Shown here piece by piece: positions 57,410 to 64,000 of a stretch of DNA of 64,000 nt. The notes beneath the pieces are model-generated. The model was not told the DNA's origin, made no database searches, and was given only the letters and a program-made list of their open reading frames with translations. A program made the translations under genes and the position numbers. This stretch comes from Octopus vulgaris (taxonomy: Eukaryota). The stretch lies in contig OX597814.1 in NCBI GenBank assembly GCA_951406725.2, positions 224,812,001 to 224,876,000 on the forward strand, written 5' to 3'. How positions within the stretch are numbered: the stretch's first letter is position 1; each line of letters starts with the position of its first letter.

Positions 57410-57695
57410 GTTCCTTCCTGAGCCATGCCTGGCTCATAAGGGCCGGTTTCCCGGTTTCATTGGCGTATAGGTTCCTCACCTGGACGAGAAGCCGGTTCGT
57501 CGCAGGTGAGCTGCTAGATGCAGGAAGAAAGAGTGAGAGAAAGTTGTGCCGAAAGAGTCAGCAGAAGTTCGCCATTACCTTCTGCCGGAGCCGCGTGGGG
57601 CTTAGGTGTTTCGCTCATAAACACACACGTCGCCCATTCTGAGATTCGAACCCGCGATCCCTCGACCGCGTGTCCAGTGCTCTAACCACGTGCCT
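57410..57695 (-). mobile_element. SINE family C
   Basis: Minus head GTGGTTAGAGCACTGGACACGCGGTCGAGGGATCGCGGGTTCGAATC. Confidence 0.8.
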
Positions 57696-58307
57696 AGTGT
57701 TTAACTGTACGTTAGTCTTATAGGTTGTATCCTTGAGATAGCCGTAACGTATCCATTACATACGTACGACGATGAATCATAAAATATCCGCAATGCCCTT
57801 ATAATACACCGCAATGCCTGGAACTCAACGACTCGGCTGATGTCTTTGTCCAACTAATTTTCCCGTCATTCGGAAATAAATTATAAGTGCATTGAATCTA
57901 ATTAATGAATCATCCTTGAATGCATTCCCAGCTAAATATTGAGTACAGCTTTGGTTATAGAATACAACAATCTCGTAACGCAGCCACGCCTCTCTTGGAA
58001 AATATTATAGGGAAGCAAATATGGGTTCCAGCTCCAATCTATTAATTGACTGTTTTAGTACTTGTTTATCCCGCCAGCCATTTATTAATCTATCAGATCA
58101 TTCAAATATAACAGCATTTTGCTTTTTACCATTTTGCTAACTTGTGAATTCGATCAGGCGTGTATTACGAAAGACACACAAATAATTTATTGATTTGGGA
58201 TTGTGGTCGAGGAAATCAAAGAAATATATGTGTATGTGTGTGTGTGTGTGTATTGATATATATGATCAGAGAAATAATATTTATATATACAGTATATATA
58301 TAATATA

Positions 58308-58462
58308 ATCCTGTTGTGTGGTAAGTAGCTTGCTTACCAAGCACATGGTTCCGGGTTCAGTCCCACTGCGTGGAACCTTGGGCAAGTGTCTTCTACTATA
58401 AGCCTCGGGCCGACCAAAGCCTTGTGAGTGGATTTGATACACTGAAACTGTAAGAAGCCCGT

Positions 58463-58507
<45 letters not shown>

Positions 58508-58722
58508 ATGTTTGTGTGTTTGTGTTTGTCCCCCACTCCCATCGCTTGACAACCGATGATGGTGTGTTCACGCCCCTGTAACTTAGCGGTTCGGCAAAAA
58601 GACACCAATAGAATAAGTACTAGGCTTACAAAGAATAAGTCCTGGAGTCGAGTTGTTCGACTAAAGGCGGTACTCCAGCATGACCGCAGTTAAATGACTG
58701 AAACAAACAAAAGAATAAAAGA
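58308..58722 (+). mobile_element. SINE family A, near full length
   Basis: Reverse complement of 8658-9077. Confidence 0.9.
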
Positions 58723-58879
58723 AATATATATATCAAACAAACGTTAAATTCTCTCCAGATATTGAGAAAACCATTATTGTTTTTATTTTTACAGTTATTT
58801 GACGTCACTATAACATCACAATGACGGCAGTAACAACAATAACAATAAAAACAACAACAGCAGCAACAATAACAACAAT

Positions 58880-59670
58880 AATGCCTTTTTCATCGATTAT
58901 TTTACACGGATGGAAAGGGTGGTGGATGTGAGGCGGAAATGGTTGAATGCCGGACAAAGTGAATTGTAGCCAATCGTTATGATTTTTGCATTCTGTGTTT
59001 GACTCTTTGGTATGCAACGGGAGGAGGCAACGGTATGATACAAGGCCTTTTGTTCGCTACACTACTTACTCTGCCATCTAGAGAAGAAGTGGATTAAAGG
59101 CGAAAATTGAATAGAAAGAAGAATCGGGGGAAGAGACAAAGGAAAAGAAATTGACGAAGATACCAAAGATTAAAAATGAAATGAAGTGACAGTTGCAGAT
59201 AACGGCTTTTGCAATACCAAGACCAATTAACGCAGAGAAGCATAATATAATAACTATTACAAGCAGTACATAAATGCAAATAAGCCATGAACAGATCTGA
59301 GCCCAGGTCGCAAAGACCCGGAGCAAAATATTGCAAAGCATCTGAGTTGGCTTTCCGACACTTCCGTTAATGCATCACCGGGATTGGTGATTATTCTATT
59401 GGCTGCAAAAGAACGGAATGCAAAGTTAACCGGCGGGGTCTTGGGTGTAAAAGATCGCAACAAATGCCGCATGAATTTGTATCTGCCGCTAAAAGACTGG
59501 CTGCCAATTCGCAGCCTGATACAATGCAATGGAAGTCAATAGAATAAAATACAATACCGTTTGTGGAATGTGGATGAAGTGAAAGAGCCCAGGGCATTTG
59601 CAGATTCCCCGAGACCGGTGGCTTGAATTCATATTAATGTTTCTTTTAATTAACACTTGCAGGTAAGACA
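58880..59670 (+). promoter_or_regulatory. Unique, relatively GC-rich island with promoter/enhancer-like motifs and a strong splice site
   Basis: CCAAT/ATTGG at about 58969, 59223, 59383, 59398, 59504; GGCGGGG at about 59432; CTCF-like CTCTAGATGGCAG (minus, 59071-59083); TTGCAG|GTAAGA at 59662/59663. Confidence 0.35.
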
Positions 59671-60699
59671 TGACTACAGAGAAGATTCCAGATGGCCGAT
59701 ACTCTGGGAAGGAAGGGCTGGTAATTATGGTTAGTGCAGAGCCGGGATGGTGGTGGACGCTACAAGGGTGAGGAGGTGGATAGATGAGTGGGTCAAAATG
59801 TAGGCACGAAACCGGCCACCTCCGAAGAACAGAGCCCATTACAGTAGCGATGGAAAAGACAGAGTACAGAGGGTAGCTTAACTGAGAGTCGGAAACTACA
59901 GCATGTCAGTGATTGAATGTTAATCAGTCAAGCGGCCCTTCTCTCGATGAGGACCAGGATGTTTGCGTGTGTAGCAGCAACACCGTTTCAGATGTGGGAA
60001 CGATACTCCATTGTAGGCTTTACTTGAATATTTTAGAATTGTTGGAGGTTAAGCTATTGGCTTTGAAGAGAATAAAAGCCAGTCTTTGGGGCGCAGTCCT
60101 AACAATGCTAATGTTGTGCTTCGGCGATATTAATAGAATTACCGCAAAATGATCTGCACTACAAACAACACATCGTAACAGAATACAACACCATAAAATA
60201 ACACAAAATGTACTTCAATATGATTACATCACGACCTAATATAACACTTCAACAACTGAAAACAATGATACAAAACGTTACAATAGAAACTTCATGGCTC
60301 TATTTACTCCAATACAAAAATCAAAAACTGTTAATCTGAAAGAGCGAGAGAGAGGATAGAGGGAGAGAGGAAGGGGAGAGAGGAAGAGAGAGAGAGGATG
60401 AGAGAGACAACAGTTGGAATTGATCATCAAAGGGTTACCAAGATTGGTGGTACAGTTCATTCTTAGGGATCTACCAAACGTAAATAAGACCTATAAATTT
60501 ATGGAAATCACAAAATGACATAACAGAAACATTCCGCTGTCCTTTGACCTCCGCTATTTTCTTCCTATTTTTTCTTTTTACTTCGTTGTCCTTTTGTTCT
60601 TTTCTCCTTGCGTGTAAGGAGTATTGTATAACCATTTTTTTTAGTCTGTCATGGTATCGTGGCTTCACCCAGACGCTTAAATTGATTAAATATTATAAA

Positions 60700-61275
60700 T
60701 AAATACAGCACACTGCAATACAGAGAAGTACAACTCAACACGGAAGACAACTATACAACAATACAAGACAATGTAACAGAACGGAATGCAGCACAGTAAT
60801 ATGGTTCAGTAGACAACGCAATAGATTATAATAGAGTCTAACACATTACCCAATAATACGTTATAACACAATAGAATACTAAAGACTTGAATACAAGAAG
60901 AGATTGCACCACAGAGCAGAATACAACTGAATAAAATAGAGAACAATATGGTGTATTAAAATACAATATAACAGAAAGTATCAATAGAACGAACAATATA
61001 TAATACACTACAATACAAAACTATTTAATAGCATTTATACACCACAATGGAAGACAATTGAATACAATACAGTCCCGTACTATGTTATACAATACTTCAT
61101 AGTAAGATAAAATGGTATACAATGTATGACAATACTATATAGTATGCATTATACATTACACTATAATACAAAACTTTACAATATTACACAATACTAAACA
61201 ATATGTTACACTACAATATTATACTATATAAACTGTACAATGCAATATAATACAATACTCTTCAATATAATACGA
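60700..61275. repeat. Highly degenerate (AATAC)n-type pentanucleotide satellite
   Basis: Recurrent AATAC/AACAC/AATAT periodicity. Confidence 0.7.
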
Positions 61276-61285
61276 TGCTATTCGA

Positions 61286-61870
61286 CGGCGACCTGGCAGA
61301 AACGTTAGCACGCCGGGCGAAATGCTTGGCGGTATTTTCGTCTGCCGCTACGTTCTGAGTTCAAATTTCGCCGAGGTCGACTTTGCCCTTCATCCTTTTG
61401 GGGTCGATAAATTAAGAACCAGTTACGCACTGGGGTCGATGTAATCGACTTAATCCATTTGTCTGCCCTTGTTTGTCCTCTCTGTGTTTAGCCCCTTATG
61501 GGTAGTAAAGAAATAGGTATTTCGTCTACTGCTACGTTCTGAGTTCAAATTCCGCCGAGGTCAACTTTGCCTGTCATCCTTTCGGGGTCGATTAAATAAG
61601 TACCAGTTACGCACTGGGGTCGATATAATCGACTCAATCCGTTTATCTCTCCTTGTTTGTCCCCTCTGTGTTTAACCCCTTGCGGGTAGTAAAAAAAAAA
61701 AGGTATTTCGCCTGCCGCTACGTTCTGAGTTCAAATTCCGCCGAGGTCAACTTTGCTTTTCATCCTTTCGGGGTCGATAAATTTAGTGCCAGTTGCATAC
61801 TGGGGTCGATCTAATCGACTGGCCCCCTCCCTCACAATTTCGGGCCTTGTGCGAAGAGGAGAAAGGAATC
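61286..61870 (+). mobile_element. SINE family B trimer (one head, three ~186-bp body units)
   Basis: Units restart at GGTATTT near 61331, 61516 and 61702. Confidence 0.9.
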
Positions 61871-62361
61871 AGCACGCCAAGCAAAATGCTGAGCGGTATT
61901 TCGTTTGTTTTTACGTTCTGAGTTCAGATCCAGTCCGGATCGACTTAACCTTTAATCCATTTCCGGGTCGATGAAATAAGTACCAGTTGAGCACTGAATG
62001 TGACAAGGCAAGCGATTTGAAATACAGGTAGTGCTCATTTTTACCTACCGAGTCGATGTGAAAGCAAGTGTCTTGCGAAATAGTACGCATCGCGCCGCCG
62101 GGATTCGAACACTCGTAACCTAAATACGCCAACCACTAAGCCACGTTTCTTCATATTCGACAGAAATACTTTGGCAGCGAGGCAGCAGAGTCAATTGAAT
62201 GTGGCAGAGAATGTCTCGCAGTATTTGGTTTGGTGTCCTGCGCAGTGAAATAAAATACCACTAAGGCCGATTGTGCTTTTCATCACTTCCAAGTCGATAA
62301 AGTATCAGTCAAGCGCTGATGTTGCTTCTTTTCTCCCTCATCTGTCTCCTCTGTCTGTCTT

Positions 62362-62412
<51 letters not shown>

Positions 62413-62868
62413 TTCTCTCTCTCAGCTTGCGTTCTCGAAGGAGTCCAGAGAGGAGCGTTCCCGTCACACCACGACCTTTTCCCCTTTTCACCACCACTTT
62501 GTTGGTTCATTATAAAAAAGGAAGAACTACATGTGTCGTACTTTTGCTTGGGACAGATTCAAAACCCTTTTAGACTCTAAAGATGAAAAGTCCAGTAATA
62601 TCTATTAGCAACACCAAGAGGCATTCTCTTATTGGATTTGTGTGCAAAATACACTCTTGAATATATTATTTATATCGCTAGCAGGAAGATAAATCCCCGA
62701 CACCTCCAGAGTCGAGACCACCAGATCATAAAATTTCGACCTTCCTTGGCCATGTCAATGATAGACGCTCGAACGCTAGAAATAGCAGCGATATATAGAA
62801 TAACAGTGCCAGAACAGGCAGTATTTTATGTCCAGTATTTTGTGCTTCAATTGCATCATGTTTATATA

Positions 62869-63438
62869 TTGAGTTGTCCGGAAAATTCGTGCCGATTTAT
62901 AGTAGCTTACCTTTCGACTTATTTTAGAACATGGTTGAGCCCATAAAATAGGATTTGACTACACCTCCATTTAGAGCACAGTTTAAGCTATCTTTTCATG
63001 GAAGAAGGTTTATGAGCCCTATAAGCTGTGTTAATTCTGTAACCCTTTAAAATAGAAGATAAGAAAGTTCATTTTCGGCACTTGATGCTTTGGAAACCAG
63101 ACAAAAATTGCTGCAGCTTGGTTGGGGTGTGTTACCCCAGCTTCCATATTCACCAGATATTGCTCCTTCGGATTTCCACTTATTCAGGTCTCTGAAGAAT
63201 AGTCTTAATGGTAAAAATTTCAATTCCTTGGATGACGTAAAAAGATACCTTGATGAATTCTTTGCCATGAATCCACCTCAAATCTGGGAAGAGGGTATTT
63301 TCAAGTTATAGGAAAGATGGAGACTCATTGTGCAACAAAATGGTTCATATTTGGCTGATTAAAATTGTAATGGCAAGTATTTATTGACCTTTTTTTTCTT
63401 TCCTTTAAAAATCGGCACGAACTTTCCGGACAACCCAA
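62869..63438 (+). mobile_element. Internally deleted mariner element
   Basis: ~30-bp TIRs TTGAGTTGTCCGGAAAATTCGTGCCGATTT / AAATCGGCACGAACTTTCCGGACAACCCAA, TA TSDs; EDKKVHFRHLML N-terminus fused to PYSPDIAPSDFHLFRSL C-terminus. Confidence 0.92.
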
Positions 63439-63761
63439 TACTAAAGCCTCATTTAGCATCGGAAGTAAACACATCATCATTATCGCAGTGTTTCTAACAC
63501 TCAGAACAGTGATTATCACCTCTCTACATTGACAGTGTATTTTAGCATCTAGACAAGTATGGTATTGCTGTTGTTGTTGTTGTTGTTGTTGTTAAAGCTT
63601 TGGTTCTCTTCTTAACTATTTTCTTACTAACAGCCAGCAATTTATTGAATTCTGCTGCTGTTGTGCTACAGGTGTTGTCACCTATGTTGCTGCTGTTGTT
63701 ATAAATGACTGTCAGCTGTTGTTGTGAATGATTGTTACCGATGCTCCGCTGCTTGCTGCCT

Positions 63762-63828
<67 letters not shown>
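63762..63828. repeat. (CTA)n microsatellite
   Basis: Visible. Confidence 0.97.
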
Positions 63829-64000
63829 CAGTTTTAAGTTGGTTACTACACACCCAAGCATCCTCATGCGTCTGGACATATGTGTCCACTTGCATTCCAG
63901 ATTGCCTACAACATACTCATAACGGATAAAGATTCACATAACTACATAACCGGACAGCAGTCATACAGACGTATCTTTTATCGTTTACCTTTTGCTTGTT

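Noticed and set aside
58924-58945. GGATGTGAGGCG resembling the 7SK snRNA 5' end
   Set aside because: No GATC-GATC stem, 3' hairpin or matching terminator follows.
59078-59341. Hydrophobic 87-aa minus-strand ORF
   Set aside because: Non-ATG start, hydrophobicity follows from T-rich composition, and no family is recognised.
61286-61375. SINE heads as functional tRNA genes
   Set aside because: A/B boxes are present but there is no complete cloverleaf, and they run into repeat bodies.

Overview
AT-rich, microsatellite-dense eukaryotic DNA with no recognisable host protein-coding gene, so probably intronic or intergenic. The tRNA-derived SINE families resemble those of octopus/coleoid cephalopods (inference from recalled repeat sequences, not a search). 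Most of the window is mobile DNA. (1) At least eleven fragments of R4/Dong-clade non-LTR retrotransposons (RT, CCHC finger, restriction-like endonuclease). Most abut (TAA)n arrays in a fixed orientation, one is nearly intact (14694-16874), one is internally deleted, and one divergent lineage is associated with (CATA)n. (2) A ~556-bp non-coding element with no tRNA head that ends in (TAA)n, apparently a non-autonomous partner of these LINEs (5 copies plus two 11-nt remnants). (3) Three tRNA-SINE families, CR1, Penelope-like and HERO-like remnants, mariner/hAT/pogo DNA-transposon remnants and a long-TIR MITE. Smaller signals include an LTR-like segment holding a repeat-spacer array of tRNA-Trp primer-binding-site units (23355-23651), several minimal hammerhead-ribozyme motifs, an intron-containing tRNA-Leu(CAA) pseudogene, and two unique-sequence islands with promoter-like motifs. 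Nearly all other ORFs in the track are microsatellite or SINE artefacts. Coordinates of degenerate elements are approximate.
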